From positions 60,794-124,793 of the forward strand of contig CACYXR010000017.1 of NCBI GenBank assembly GCA_902778455.1: a DNA stretch of 64,000 bases. Direction: 5' to 3'. How positions within the stretch are numbered: position 1 is the stretch's first letter; each line of letters begins with the position of its first letter. Below the pieces are notes generated by a model that saw only the letters and a program-made list of their open reading frames with translations, was not told the DNA's origin and ran no database searches. Below, piece after piece: positions 47,801 through 58,442 of this stretch. The DNA comes from an uncultured Selenomonadaceae bacterium. GTDB lineage: Bacteria > Bacillota > Negativicutes > Selenomonadales > Selenomonadaceae. The translations under genes and the position numbers were made by a program.

Positions 47801-48352
47801 TCATTTAATGATATTCACAATGTTGTCTTCCGATGACAGGACCCTCGGGGGAGCCGCGGCAGCGCGCTTGTAGCCGAAAGCGCCGATACAGAGCGGCTGA
47901 TAGCCCTGCGGGATACTAAGATGAGAAAGGAGCTTTTTCCCTTCCTCCGATTTGAACGTCTCCGCCGCCGTGGAGAGCCAGCAGGCGCCGAGACCCGCTT
48001 TTTCCGCGACCAGCATCATGCTTCCGAAGACCATGTGCGCCGCGTCCTCAACAAATTTCTCGCTTTTGCTCGCCGAAATGATCAGCACGATGGGAAGGTC
48101 GGCGACCATCTGCGCCGAGGCGCGGGAGGCGTCGCCGCTTTTTTCCTCGACGAGCCGCTCGTACAGCTCGTGGAAACGGCGGAGCAGTCCCCGGTTTTGC
48201 AGGACCGTGAAATGCCATTCCTGATTGCTCGGCGCGTTGGAAAGATTTTTTCCTTCCTCCAGGATTTCCATGATCGATTCGTCGCGTATCGGGCGCGAGT
48301 CGAACTGCGTCGTACTTCTGCGCATCAGCACATTCCGCAGGATATTGTTCAT
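47801..48352 (-). CDS. nitroreductase family protein
   Basis: 183 aa. RRSTTQFDSRPI... N-terminus, typical of nitroreductases. Confidence 0.75.
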   Translation of the reverse strand: MNNILRNVLMRRSTTQFDSRPIRDESIMEILEEGKNLSNAPSNQEWHFTVLQNRGLLRRFHELYERLVEEKSGDASRASAQMVADLPIVLIISASKSEKFVEDAAHMVFGSMMLVAEKAGLGACWLSTAAETFKSEEGKKLLSHLSIPQGYQPLCIGAFGYKRAAAAPPRVLSSEDNIVNIIK

Positions 48353-48364
48353 GCCTTACACTCC

Positions 48365-48859
48365 TTACCTGTTGTCCACCCGATCCATACCCGCCATGTC
48401 GTGCAGACGGAAGCGTTCCTCCGCCAGCCGTTCATACTTCGTGCCGGGCCTGCCATAGTTCGCGTACGGGTCGATGGAAATGCCGCCCCTTGGCAGGAAT
48501 TTCCCCCACACCTCGATATAACGAGGATCCATCAGCTTGATCAGATCCTTCATGACGGTATTGACCACGTCCTCGTGAAAGTCCCCGTGGTTGCGGAAGC
48601 TGAACAGATACAGCTTCAGCGACTTCGACTCCACCATGCGGACGTCCGGTACATAGGAAATATACAGCGTCGCGAAATCCGGCTGCCCGGTGATCGGGCA
48701 AAGGCTCGTAAACTCCGGGCAATTGAACTTGACCCAGTAATCGTTTTCCCGATGCCGATTCTCAAAAGTTTCCAAAACCTCCGGCGCGTATCCGGACGGA
48801 TAGCCGACGCCCTTCTCGCCGAGAAGCGAAAGCCCCTCCGCTTCCTTAGCCCGCGTCAT
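48365..48859 (-). CDS. queF: NADPH-dependent 7-cyano-7-deazaguanine (preQ0) reductase
   Basis: 164 aa. [16 protein letters not shown] catalytic-Cys motif and ESKSLKLYL motif. Confidence 0.92.
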   Translation of the reverse strand: MTRAKEAEGLSLLGEKGVGYPSGYAPEVLETFENRHRENDYWVKFNCPEFTSLCPITGQPDFATLYISYVPDVRMVESKSLKLYLFSFRNHGDFHEDVVNTVMKDLIKLMDPRYIEVWGKFLPRGGISIDPYANYGRPGTKYERLAEERFRLHDMAGMDRVDNR

Positions 48860-50549
48860 GCACTCCCTCCTTCAAATACGTCTCGTGGAAATCGTCTTCC
48901 GATACGGGACGCCCGAACAGGTAGCCCTGGATGTAGTCGGCGCCGCAGCGGTTCGTGACAATCTCGTACACCTCGTTTTCCTCGACGCCCTCGATGCAGG
49001 TGCGAATCCCGATGCTGCGGCAGAGGGTGACAGTGTATTCGACCAGCCGTGTGTCAAAATCATTGTCGAGAATATTCTTGACGAACTCCCGATCCACCTT
49101 CACGATATCGCAGGACAGGTTTTTCAGGTACGCCAGCGACGAATAGCCGGTACCGAAATCGTCCATCGCGATCTGCACGCCTTGATCCCGGAACTCGTTG
49201 AATTGGCGATTGATAAAGTTCCAATCGGAGACGATGGTGCTTTCCGTCAGCTCCAGCGTGACGGATTTGGGCGGAACGCCGATCCGATGGATGGCCTCCC
49301 GGACGAACGGGAAAAACTCCATATCCTTGATCTGCACCGAGGAAACATTGATGCTCATCTTGAAATCCGGCACAATCTCGCTCCATTTCTTGCAGGTTTT
49401 CAGCGCTTCCTCGACAATCCACCGTCCCACCGGCAAAATCATTTTCGTTTCTTCGAGAATCGGTATGAACTCCATCGGCGAAACCATTTTTCCGTCCGGC
49501 TTCTTCCAACGGAGCAAGGCCTCCGCGCCGATCAGGCGTTTCGTCCGCGCCTCGATTTGCGGCTGATAAAAGAGCTGGAAACCTTCGCAGCCATTCTCCA
49601 CGCTGACCTTCAAAAGATCGCGCATGGCCATGGAACGGACATACCGGTTGTACTGCTCATGGGTCAGGATCACGTTCTGGTTTTTGCCTCCGCGCTTCGC
49701 CAGAACGAGAGCCGCTTCCGCATGCTTGAACAGCTTGTAGTATTCCTTGCCGTCCTCGGGATAGGCGACGGTGCCCGCCGACATCGTGCAGAAATACGGC
49801 TTGCCGTCGATGAACTGCTGGCGCGACATGCACGCCTGGATCGCATTGAATACTTGCGTGACCTGCACCGCCCGCGCGCCGGGCAGGATCATTCCGAACT
49901 CGTCGCTGTCCAATTTGTAGAGCATGGCGCCGTCAGGCAATATGTTCAGGAGCTGCCGCGCCGTCATGCGAAGCACCGCGTCGCCGAAGGAGCGGTTGTT
50001 GGCCTCGTTGATGGCGCGGAAATTGTCAAGGCCGAGCAGCATGATGCGCCCGCCGACGCCGTTGTGCGCCTGTGCCTTCAATACGCGGTTCACCGCCATC
50101 TCGAACTGCCACTTGTTCAGGAGGCCCGTAACCCCGTCCGCTTGGTTCAGCCGATCCAAAGGATTCAGGATGCCCCCGAAAAAATGCGGCTGGCCATCCG
50201 AATCCCGCAAAAGCTTGCCGGTGACGCGCATCCACACATATTCGCCGTATTTGTCCTTGGAACGGTATTCGACATTGAAACGATCCTTCGAACCGAACCG
50301 GATTTCGTCGTCGATTTCCTTCACCCTCGGCAAATCCTTCGGATGGACAAGGGGCAGCCATGCGTCGGCAAGGCTCCCGATGACTGTGTCCCCGATGCCG
50401 AAATCCTCCGCCATCCTTTGGGACAGCAGCGTGATTCCCGCCGAGAAATCGATAACGAAATAATACGCCTCGCTCGATTCCTGCAAAACATCAAAATAAA
50501 ACAGAATCTTCTCCAGCAGCGGAGACAGTTTTTTCTTTTTATGCTTCAT
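48846..50549 (-). CDS. PAS - degenerate GGDEF - EAL domain protein
   Basis: EAL (GAEALLRW, ...[10 protein letters not shown]...). The GGDEF position reads DSDEF. ATG at 50549 preceded by GGAGGA. The stop overlaps the queF start by 14 nt. Confidence 0.85.
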   Translation of the reverse strand: MKHKKKKLSPLLEKILFYFDVLQESSEAYYFVIDFSAGITLLSQRMAEDFGIGDTVIGSLADAWLPLVHPKDLPRVKEIDDEIRFGSKDRFNVEYRSKDKYGEYVWMRVTGKLLRDSDGQPHFFGGILNPLDRLNQADGVTGLLNKWQFEMAVNRVLKAQAHNGVGGRIMLLGLDNFRAINEANNRSFGDAVLRMTARQLLNILPDGAMLYKLDSDEFGMILPGARAVQVTQVFNAIQACMSRQQFIDGKPYFCTMSAGTVAYPEDGKEYYKLFKHAEAALVLAKRGGKNQNVILTHEQYNRYVRSMAMRDLLKVSVENGCEGFQLFYQPQIEARTKRLIGAEALLRWKKPDGKMVSPMEFIPILEETKMILPVGRWIVEEALKTCKKWSEIVPDFKMSINVSSVQIKDMEFFPFVREAIHRIGVPPKSVTLELTESTIVSDWNFINRQFNEFRDQGVQIAMDDFGTGYSSLAYLKNLSCDIVKVDREFVKNILDNDFDTRLVEYTVTLCRSIGIRTCIEGVEENEVYEIVTNRCGADYIQGYLFGRPVSEDDFHETYLKEGVHDAG

Positions 50550-50652
50550 ATTTCGTCCTCCAAAGAATCCCTGCCAAAACGAACCAATCCTTTGCAATAA
50601 ATTATATCATAAACGGCTTTCATTTTCATTTCTTTTTCCAACTATTATAAAT

Positions 50653-50680
50653 AAAAAAAGAGGGGCAAGCCCCCTTTTTT
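50653..50680. terminator. short GC hairpin with flanking A/T runs
   Basis: AAAAAAAGAGGGGCAAGCCCCCTTTTTT, downstream of the GT39-like gene. Confidence 0.5.
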
Positions 50681-50686
50681 GTATTT

Positions 50687-52141
50687 CTAGGATTTACGTC
50701 CCTCACGCCTGAGCACGCGGCATTGGTCGAACTCTTGGACAAGCGCCCATTCCGCCGGATGGAAATCATTCTTGAACTGGGCGTCCCGTTTTTTGCTGAC
50801 AATCATATAGACAGTCCGGTCTTGCGGGATGTCCTCGATCGCCCAATAGGGCCAGACGTTTTTGCTGTTCCACGACTTCCCGTCGGGACGGTTCGCCGCG
50901 ATATTCTTTTTGAAGTCCACTTTGTAAATGTCGAGATTGCTGTAATACGGATGAGAAACCTTGTAATCGCCGTAGCTCAGCACAAGGTCGCCGTCCTGCA
51001 CATTCCCGTTCAACGTCGCCGCGACTTCCTTGCCGGAATAGTTCTTCGCCGTAATGCCGGGGACCAGCACAAGCAAGGTGGCGATGACGAGGAACGCAAT
51101 CTCGCCGAAGAACATCCTGCGCACCAGCGTCATCCTGGTCTTCAGATATTTCGCCGCGAGAATCGAAATTGGGAGCAACGACGGCATCGTATAGGTCGTG
51201 TATTTCGTCGCCATCATCTGATAGAAAATATTGATGGTCAGCGCCCAAACCAAAAGGAACTGCTCGTCCATGTCCAAACGCGGCAAGCGGCGCTCGCGGA
51301 TAATCCCGCAAAGCTTGGGCGGCAGCGTCACAAAGCCCCACGGGAAGAAAATCAGGAAAAACAGGACCGAGTAATACCACCAGACATCCCACATCGGATG
51401 CTCGGAAACGGTGGCGCGGAGATAGTTGTGCACGCCGAGGAAGGTATTGATGAAATCCGCGCCGTGCAGCAGGTACATCGGCACATACCAAAGCGCGACC
51501 ACCGCGAAGAATATCACGAAGCCCAGCGGCTTCATGCGCGGAATTTCAGCGAAGTCCCTGCGAAGCACAATGAAGATCGTCACGATCAGGCCGGGAAGCA
51601 GGATGCCGATCGGCCCTTTCGTCAGCACCGCAAGACCGGCGAAAAGATAACAGAGGTAATATAGGTTCTTGTTGTTTCCTTTATACGCCAGATAAAAAAA
51701 CACCAGCACCGCGTTGAAGAAAACGAACAAGGTTGCGTCGGTAATCACCGACTTCGAGATCACCCAATACCCGACCGACGTGGCGAGCATGACGCCCGCC
51801 CAAAGTGCCGTCGTCGCGTCATACAGGCGGCGGGCAAAAAAATATGTCAGCCAAAGGCCGACCACACCGAAGACCGCCGGGAAAAACCGCGCGGCGAAGT
51901 CCGTAAAGCCGAAGGCCTTGAATGCCGCAATCAGCTCCCAATAAAAAAACGCCGGCTTGTCATACCAAAAGTTGCCGAAAATGCGCGGCGAGACATAATC
52001 GCCGGAAAGCAGCATTTCCTTCGCCGTCTGCGTATAGTTCGACTCGACGGGATCGGTAATCGCGAGCTGCCCGTTCATGAACAGGAACAGCGCCGCGCCA
52101 AGCAGCGTCAAAAAAATCAGGTTTCGTTTGTCTTGCTCCAT
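50687..52141 (-). CDS. ArnT/PMT-like (GT39/GT83-type) membrane glycosyltransferase
   Basis: 484 aa with ~12 TM segments. N-terminal ...TDPVESNYTQTAKEML.SGDYVSP...FWYDKP, typical of phospholipid-carrier-dependent glycosyltransferases. Confidence 0.75.
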   Translation of the reverse strand: MEQDKRNLIFLTLLGAALFLFMNGQLAITDPVESNYTQTAKEMLLSGDYVSPRIFGNFWYDKPAFFYWELIAAFKAFGFTDFAARFFPAVFGVVGLWLTYFFARRLYDATTALWAGVMLATSVGYWVISKSVITDATLFVFFNAVLVFFYLAYKGNNKNLYYLCYLFAGLAVLTKGPIGILLPGLIVTIFIVLRRDFAEIPRMKPLGFVIFFAVVALWYVPMYLLHGADFINTFLGVHNYLRATVSEHPMWDVWWYYSVLFFLIFFPWGFVTLPPKLCGIIRERRLPRLDMDEQFLLVWALTINIFYQMMATKYTTYTMPSLLPISILAAKYLKTRMTLVRRMFFGEIAFLVIATLLVLVPGITAKNYSGKEVAATLNGNVQDGDLVLSYGDYKVSHPYYSNLDIYKVDFKKNIAANRPDGKSWNSKNVWPYWAIEDIPQDRTVYMIVSKKRDAQFKNDFHPAEWALVQEFDQCRVLRREGRKS

Positions 52142-52151
52142 GCGTCCTCCC

Positions 52152-53417
52152 TCAACCGTCGATGCGGCGGATATCCGCGCCGAGCCCCACCAGCTTTTCC
52201 ACCAGATGATCGTAGCCGCGGTCGATATGATGGATATAGCCGATCTGCGTCTCGCCCTCGGCCACCAGCCCCGCCAGCACCATCGCCGCGCCCGCCCGCA
52301 GGTCGGTAGCCTTGACCTGGCAGCCCGTCAGCTTCGGCACGCCCTCGACAACGGAAGTTCGCCCGTCAATCTTGATATTCGCGCCCATGCGCTTCAGCTC
52401 GTCCACATGCATGAAACGGTTCTCAAACACCGTCTCCGTCACCATACCCGTGCCCTCCGACGTGGCAATCATCGCCATGAACTGGGCCTGCATATCGGTG
52501 GGAAAGCCCGGATAGGGCATCGTCTTCACGTCCACCGCCTTGATCGGGTGGTCACAGAATACGCGCACGCCGTCCACGTCTTCCTCGATGCCGACGCCGG
52601 CCTCTTTCAGCTTCGCGATGACCGGCTTCAAATGCTCGCTGATGGCGTTCTCAATATAGACGTCGCCTTTGGTCATCGCCGCCGCCACCATATAGGTACC
52701 CGCCTCGATGCGATCGGGAATCACGGCATACGACGCCCCTTTGAGCTTCGGCACGCCCTCGATCTTGATGACATTCGTGCCGGCGCCGCGAATCTTCGCG
52801 CCCATCACATTCAGGAAATTCGCTAGATCGATGATTTCCGGCTCCTGCGCCGGATTTTCCAGGACCGTCTGTCCCTCCGCCATCGACGCCGCCATCAGGA
52901 TATTTTCCGTAGCGCCGACACTGGGGAAATCGAGATAAATCCGTGCGCCCTTCAGCCCATGCGGAGCGTTGGCGTCAATAAAGCCGTGGCCAATCTCGAT
53001 ATCCGCGCCCAAAGCCTCAAAGCCCTTCAAATGCAGATCGATCGGACGCGTACCGATGGCACAGCCGCCCGGCAGCGAAATCTTCGCCCGTCCGCAGCGC
53101 GCGAGCAGCGGCCCCATAATCAAAAACGAAGCGCGCATTTTCCTCACCAGATCGTAGGGGGCCTCCCAGCATACGATTTTGCTGCTGTCCACGGTGAAAC
53201 GATGCTCCGTTTCGTCATAGGATGCCGAGACACCCAGTTCCCGCAGCACCTCCGCGATCGTCTGCACATCGTCCAGCGCCGGAACTTCGTCAAGGCAGCT
53301 CGGCTGCTCCTGCCCCAGGAGCGTCGCCGCGATAATCGGCAGCACCGCGTTCTTCGCGCCGCTGATTTTCACACGGCCCGAAAGACGGTTTCCGCCGTTG
53401 ATGACCAGTTTCTCCAT
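52152..53417 (-). CDS. murA: UDP-N-acetylglucosamine 1-carboxyvinyltransferase
   Basis: [24 protein letters not shown]..., active-site loop [14 protein letters not shown] at 53417 preceded by GGAGGGA. Confidence 0.95.
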   Translation of the reverse strand: MEKLVINGGNRLSGRVKISGAKNAVLPIIAATLLGQEQPSCLDEVPALDDVQTIAEVLRELGVSASYDETEHRFTVDSSKIVCWEAPYDLVRKMRASFLIMGPLLARCGRAKISLPGGCAIGTRPIDLHLKGFEALGADIEIGHGFIDANAPHGLKGARIYLDFPSVGATENILMAASMAEGQTVLENPAQEPEIIDLANFLNVMGAKIRGAGTNVIKIEGVPKLKGASYAVIPDRIEAGTYMVAAAMTKGDVYIENAISEHLKPVIAKLKEAGVGIEEDVDGVRVFCDHPIKAVDVKTMPYPGFPTDMQAQFMAMIATSEGTGMVTETVFENRFMHVDELKRMGANIKIDGRTSVVEGVPKLTGCQVKATDLRAGAAMVLAGLVAEGETQIGYIHHIDRGYDHLVEKLVGLGADIRRIDG

Positions 53418-53506
53418 TAAATGTATTTCCCTCCAAGGAAAGCAGCGAATTATTCCTGCTTCCCGACAGAATCGCAAAAATCATATTCACGGTTTATGTT
53501 CACTGT

Positions 53507-53547
53507 TTATCCACAAGCTTGTCCACTTGTCCACAAGCTTCTCCACA
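53507..53547 (+). promoter_or_regulatory. cluster of four co-oriented DnaA-box-like 9-mers
   Basis: TTATCCACA (perfect, 53507), TTGTCCACT (53519), TTGTCCACA (53527), TTCTCCACA (53539). Located 90-130 nt upstream of murA. Confidence 0.6.
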
Positions 53548-53641
53548 GGAACATTATTTTGCATTATCATCTAGTGTACCATTTGCGGCGCGTCATGGCA
53601 AGGGGCACAGGAAAATTTCTGCCGTTTTCCTCCAAGATAGG

Positions 53642-53680
53642 AAAAAAGAAGCGGTGCGTAAGCCCGAAGGCTTATGCACC
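53642..53680 (-). terminator. rho-independent terminator of MCP gene
   Basis: Minus-strand reading: GGTGCATAAGCC-TTCG-GGCTTACGCACC followed by GCTTCTTTTTT. Confidence 0.8.
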
Positions 53681-53707
53681 GTTCTGTTTCTGATCCTATT
53701 ATTTCTA

Positions 53708-55672
53708 TTACACCTTGAACTTGCCGGTAGCCGCTTGCAGCTCCGTAGCGAGATCCGCCAGCGAATGGGACGCCGACGCGATCTCCTGGCTCGACGCCGA
53801 CTGCTCCTCGGCTGCCGCCGAAATGGTCTGCGTTTCCTCGCTGGTCGAACGGCTGACCTCGTCGATGGTGTCCATAGCGCCCACGATGCCCTGCATGCCT
53901 TTCGACACCGTCTGCACCGCATGGTTGATTTCTTCCATTTCCGTCTTGATGGAAGAAACCCGCGTCGTGATATCCTGGAACTGCTCGCCGACTTCGCGGA
54001 TGGCCTGGGTGCCGAGAGCCACCTCATTGGTACCCGCTTCCATCGCAACGACCGCTTCCTCTGTGTCGCCCTGGATGACCGCGATGCGGTTCTTGATTTC
54101 CTCCGCCGACTGCTGCGACTGCTCGGCGAGTTTTCTGACTTCCTCGGCGACGACCGAGAAGCCGCGTCCCGCTTCGCCCGCGCGCGCCGCCTCGATGGCC
54201 GCGTTCAGCGCCAAAAGATTCGTCTGATCGGCAATCGCCGAAATGCTTTCAACAATCTGCCCGATCTGCTTCGAGTTTTCGCCAAGCTTCTTGACAACCT
54301 GCGCCGAATTGGAAACGCTCTGCTCGATGCCGCCCATTTTTTCCATCGCGTTCTGCATCAGCTCCGCGCCGTGATCTGCGGCGCCCGCCATCTGCTCGGT
54401 GTTCTCGGTGACCGTATTCGCCTTATCCGTCATCGCGTTGATGTCGATGAAGGCCGCGTCAATATGCTGCTTCGCGCCGTCCACGCTGTTGAGCTGCTTC
54501 TCCATGCCGCCGGAAACTTCGATGATCGTCTGCGCGACGTGGGTGGCCGCCTCCGCCGCCTGCTGGCTCGAAGCCGTCAGCTCTTCGCTGGACGCCGCCA
54601 CCTGCTCCGCCGTGTGCGCCATCTGCTGGATCAGACCGCGGATATTCTTCATCATCGTGTTGAACTGTCCGGACATCTGCCCGAACTCGTCGCTGGAAGT
54701 GACCGGCAGCGGATCAAGCCGCAGATTTCCCTGGGACATCTCGCCCATGTGATCCACGAGGCCCTTGATCTGGTTCACGATCGCATTGGCGAAGAACAGC
54801 AGCGAAACGACGATCAGCACGACGCCGACAATCGTCAGCACGCTGTAAATCATGCGAAGCTTGGAAACCCCGGCGAACACGAAATCCTCGGGAACGCCGA
54901 CCACCGTCATCCAACCGGTCGCCGGCATCGTCTCATAGGCAATAACCGTTCCATTCGCTACAAAATAACCGGCCTTTTTTTGAGCCATTTCAGCGATGTG
55001 CTGCTTCAACACCGGATTATCATCAATCGACTTCAGATTTTCGTTCTCATCAGCAGAGGCAATGATAAGACCAGTTTCCGGGTTCAGGATCATGCCCTTG
55101 CCCTGGCCGTCGAACTTGATGTTCTTCGCTTTCTGGGAAATGGTGTCGATCTTGAACATGACGCCGATCACGCCGCCCGATGCGCCCTGCCGTTTGTACG
55201 GAACGCCCGCCGCGCAGACCGTATCGCCCGTGGTCTTCGAGACATACGGATCGCTGAACGCAAGCTTGCCCGCCTGTTGCGCTTTCAGATACCATGCCCG
55301 TTTCGTCCACTCAGCCTTGCCCGTCTGATCGCCGCCATGGAGCGCCATCGTATAGCCGTTTTCCATGACGTGCAGCAGATTCGTCATTTCCTTGTCGTCG
55401 GCGACAGCCTGCGTCAGGTTCTGGCTCCGCGCGTACGCTTCCTCCGACGCCGGCAGATGAGCGACAATCGAAGCGACGCCCTGCGCGAGCTGCCCCTTGG
55501 AAAGCAGCCACGCCTCCGCCTCATTGGATTCCGCCTTGATCGTCGAAACGATTTCCTTTTCCAGCGTCTCCGACACGGCGGACGACGCTGTGAAATAACC
55601 GACAACCGAAACAATCGCCATAATCAGACCGGCCACGCCCGACAGCGCGAAAAACTTTTGCTTCACATTCAT
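53708..55672 (-). CDS. methyl-accepting chemotaxis protein (dCache-type sensor, HAMP, MA domain)
   Basis: 654 aa. Signalling hairpin ...[40 protein letters not shown]. Confidence 0.92.
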   Translation of the reverse strand: MNVKQKFFALSGVAGLIMAIVSVVGYFTASSAVSETLEKEIVSTIKAESNEAEAWLLSKGQLAQGVASIVAHLPASEEAYARSQNLTQAVADDKEMTNLLHVMENGYTMALHGGDQTGKAEWTKRAWYLKAQQAGKLAFSDPYVSKTTGDTVCAAGVPYKRQGASGGVIGVMFKIDTISQKAKNIKFDGQGKGMILNPETGLIIASADENENLKSIDDNPVLKQHIAEMAQKKAGYFVANGTVIAYETMPATGWMTVVGVPEDFVFAGVSKLRMIYSVLTIVGVVLIVVSLLFFANAIVNQIKGLVDHMGEMSQGNLRLDPLPVTSSDEFGQMSGQFNTMMKNIRGLIQQMAHTAEQVAASSEELTASSQQAAEAATHVAQTIIEVSGGMEKQLNSVDGAKQHIDAAFIDINAMTDKANTVTENTEQMAGAADHGAELMQNAMEKMGGIEQSVSNSAQVVKKLGENSKQIGQIVESISAIADQTNLLALNAAIEAARAGEAGRGFSVVAEEVRKLAEQSQQSAEEIKNRIAVIQGDTEEAVVAMEAGTNEVALGTQAIREVGEQFQDITTRVSSIKTEMEEINHAVQTVSKGMQGIVGAMDTIDEVSRSTSEETQTISAAAEEQSASSQEIASASHSLADLATELQAATGKFKV

Positions 55673-55853
55673 AATACCCCGCTCCTTTCCTTTATGGGGA
55701 AAACCTTATCCAAAATTTATTATCTCATCCGATTGGTCATTTGTCAAGAACATTATTATTTTTATATGACCATTTACCCATACTGTAGTTTGTGCAAAGC
55801 AACAAAAAACGGCGTCCGAAAACGCAATGTCATTAAGTTAAGAAGTATAGGAC

Positions 55854-55894
55854 AAAAAAGTCCTCCCCTTATTTATTATGGTAAGCGGAGGACT
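55854..55894 (-). terminator. rho-independent terminator of the peptide gene
   Basis: Minus-strand reading: AGTCCTCC-loop-GGAGGACT followed by TTTTTT. Confidence 0.75.
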
Positions 55895-55957
55895 TTCAAT
55901 TTCGACATTTACCCATATAAATTGAAATTTGACATACTTACATATAATTAGGACAAT

Positions 55958-56206
55958 TTACCCTACATTTATATAACTAGGACAAGCTTTCCCATAATTT
56001 TCGCATATATTATAGCCGCCTGCAACCTTTTCCAGCGCTTCTTCTTCCAACTCAAAATCGTCTATCTCGGCCAAATAGGCTTCAGCCTCCTCTTTTGTCA
56101 CTTCCAAACCTTCCGATTTGGCTAAAGCCATCAGTTCTTCAGCAGTACGACATTGCATGGCTTTTGCAAGCATTTCTTTCGTGATTTCGTTTTTGTTAAT
56201 CGACAT
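55958..56206 (-). CDS. Nif11-like leader, double-glycine type RiPP/bacteriocin precursor peptide
   Basis: 82 aa. SD GGGAGGA. Leader ...TAEELMALAKSEGLEVTKEEAEAYL...LEKVAGG, then core YNICENYGKACPSYINVG. Confidence 0.65.
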   Translation of the reverse strand: MSINKNEITKEMLAKAMQCRTAEELMALAKSEGLEVTKEEAEAYLAEIDDFELEEEALEKVAGGYNICENYGKACPSYINVG

Positions 56207-56350
56207 AGTAGAATCCTCCCTTAACTGTTAATATTTAAATGCCTTTAACTATATATACAAAACAGGTTCATCAAAATTGACGCTGCCGGAAAAATTTTTT
56301 TAAAAAATATCATACTCGCCTTCGCAAAGCAAAACTGAAATTGCCGTACG

Positions 56351-56382
56351 AAATAAAACAGCCGTGGAAATTCCACGACTGT
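56351..56382 (-). terminator. rho-independent terminator of the upstream MCP gene
   Basis: Minus-strand reading: ACAGTCGTGG-AATTT-CCACGGCTGT followed by TTTTATTT. Confidence 0.7.
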
Positions 56383-56448
56383 TAGAATTTTGCTTAACTT
56401 AATGACATTGTCCGAAAACGCCGCCTTTTTGCTTGCCTTAAATACGGT

Positions 56449-58176
56449 TTACCGGACTTTGAACGCGCTTGTCGAGGTTTGCAGCTCCATCGCAAGATCC
56501 GCCAGCGAATGGGACGCCGAAGCGATTTCCTCGCTGGACGCCGACTGCTCCTCCGCCGCGGCGGAAATCGTCTGGGTTTCCTCGCTTGTATCGCGGCTGA
56601 CCTCATCGATGACGTCCATCGCCTCGATAATGCCCTGCATCCCTTTCGAGACGGTCTGCACCGCGCCGTTGATTTCCTTCATATCTGTCTCGATGGACGC
56701 GACTCGTGCCGTGATGTCCTTGAACTGCTCGCCGACTTCACGAATGGCCTGCGTGCCGAGAGCCACCTCATTGGTGCCCGCTTCCATCGCGACAACCGCT
56801 TCCTCAGTGTCGCCCTGGATCACGGAAATACGGCTCTTGATTTCCTCCGCCGACAGTTGAGACTGCTCGGCGAGCTTGCGGACTTCTTCCGCAACGACAG
56901 AGAAACCGCGTCCCGCTTCGCCCGCGCGCGCTGCCTCAATGGCCGCGTTCAGCGCCAAGAGGTTCGTCTGATCGGCGATGGCCGAGATACTCTCGACAAT
57001 CTGCCCGATCTGCTTCGAGTTCTCGCCCAACTTCCTGACAACCTGCGCGGAGTTGGCCACGCTCTGCTCGATGCCGTTCATCTTGTCCATCGCATTGTGC
57101 ATCAGCTGCGCGCCGTGGTCGGCAGCCCGCGCCATCTGCTCGGTATTCTCCGAAACCTGCCCGGCTTTCTTCGTCATGGCTTCCATGTCGATAAACGCTT
57201 TATCCACATGCTGTTTCGCACTGTCGACGCTGGTCAGCTGCTTGTCCATGCCGCCCGCAACCTCGACGATAGTCTGAGCCACATGGGTCGCCGCTTCCGC
57301 CGCCTGCTGGCTCGAAGCCGTCAGCTCCTCGGAACTGGCCGCCACCTGCTCCGCGCCGTGGGAAATCTTCTCGATTAATGTCCTGACGGCGTCCACCATA
57401 CGGTTGTTGCAATGACCGAGCTCGGTCAGCTCGTTGTCGCCCTCCAGCTCCACTTTGTGCGTCAGATCGCCTTTCGCCATCATCTCGGATACGCGGGTCA
57501 GCTCTTCCAATGCCAACTCAATGGAGTTGATCAGGAGATACGCAGAAACAAGTGTAATGATCAGCGCCGCGATGGCCACACCCATGGCCATCTTCTCCGA
57601 CTGACCGATATGATCCTCGATGCGCGTGGTGGCCTTTTCCACCGTCTCATCGTTGATCTTCAGCATCTTTTGCGCCTGCTCGTTGACCTTGAGGAACGAC
57701 TGGCGGTCCGGCCCCATGTAGCTCTGCTTCGCTTGCTCCACTTGGCCGCTCTTGACCTGTTTCAGCATCTTGTCCTGCTTCGTGTGGTAATCGGCCCAAA
57801 GTGCTTTCAGCTCCGCGAGATCTTTCTCGTCCCGCTGCCTGGCTTCCTCGCGCAGGTACTGCCGTGCCTGCAGCTCTTTGGTGTACTCCTCGAACAGCTT
57901 GTCAATCTCGGCCTGTTTCTCGTCGACCTGCTTCATGCGCTCGTCGACGGTCTCCGGCCGGATCAGTGCCATCGCCGCGTAACGCCGGGAATCCGCGGCG
58001 TCCATCGCCCATTTATTCATCTGGCGCATCATCGGCAGCCGTTCATTGGCCATGTTGTCCACTTCGTCGTACACATTGTTCAGCGTGTACATCGAAAAGC
58101 CCACATACCCCAAAAACAAAACGACGACGAGACCGAATCCCAGAAACAGTCTCGCCTTGATGGATAAATTGTTCAT
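56449..58176 (-). CDS. methyl-accepting chemotaxis protein (4-helix-bundle sensor, HAMP, MA domain)
   Basis: ATG at 58176 preceded by GGGAGGAA. Same conserved signalling hairpin as the other two MCPs. Confidence 0.92.
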   Translation of the reverse strand: MNNLSIKARLFLGFGLVVVLFLGYVGFSMYTLNNVYDEVDNMANERLPMMRQMNKWAMDAADSRRYAAMALIRPETVDERMKQVDEKQAEIDKLFEEYTKELQARQYLREEARQRDEKDLAELKALWADYHTKQDKMLKQVKSGQVEQAKQSYMGPDRQSFLKVNEQAQKMLKINDETVEKATTRIEDHIGQSEKMAMGVAIAALIITLVSAYLLINSIELALEELTRVSEMMAKGDLTHKVELEGDNELTELGHCNNRMVDAVRTLIEKISHGAEQVAASSEELTASSQQAAEAATHVAQTIVEVAGGMDKQLTSVDSAKQHVDKAFIDMEAMTKKAGQVSENTEQMARAADHGAQLMHNAMDKMNGIEQSVANSAQVVRKLGENSKQIGQIVESISAIADQTNLLALNAAIEAARAGEAGRGFSVVAEEVRKLAEQSQLSAEEIKSRISVIQGDTEEAVVAMEAGTNEVALGTQAIREVGEQFKDITARVASIETDMKEINGAVQTVSKGMQGIIEAMDVIDEVSRDTSEETQTISAAAEEQSASSEEIASASHSLADLAMELQTSTSAFKVR

Positions 58177-58442
58177 ACATATTTCCTCCCTGTCTTCCGC
58201 CAACGCCTATGAAACCCGGGACACGCCGCCCATCGTTCTCGACGCCGCTTCGTCAGCAGAGAAAATTTTATAGGATAATAATATCATTATTGCTCCCGAA
58301 CGTAAACAATTATTTTCAGACTATTTTCATACTTATCCTCTTCCATTTCTGCGTTCAGGCGAATTGACAAAAGCAGCGGGCGAAAAAAAATCAGCCGCCG
58401 AAAGGGAACGCTCCCCCCGGCGGCTGATGATCATTTCACGCC

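Larger units (their letters stand above)
55826..56409. other. AT-rich cassette bounded by a perfect 17-bp inverted repeat (AATGTCATTAAGTTAAG), carrying the Nif11-like peptide gene
   Basis: IR arms at 55826-55842 and 56393-56409. Contains one ORF plus two terminators. Composition visibly AT-richer than the flanks. Confidence 0.55.

Noticed and set aside
54150-54330. About 150-nt stretches, roughly 85-90% similar by eye, shared by the three MCP genes (also near 56890-57070 and 58890-59060), and similar 3' ends.
   Set aside because: They encode the universally conserved MCP signalling hairpin ([40 protein letters not shown]). This is paralog conservation, not a mobile or non-coding repeat.
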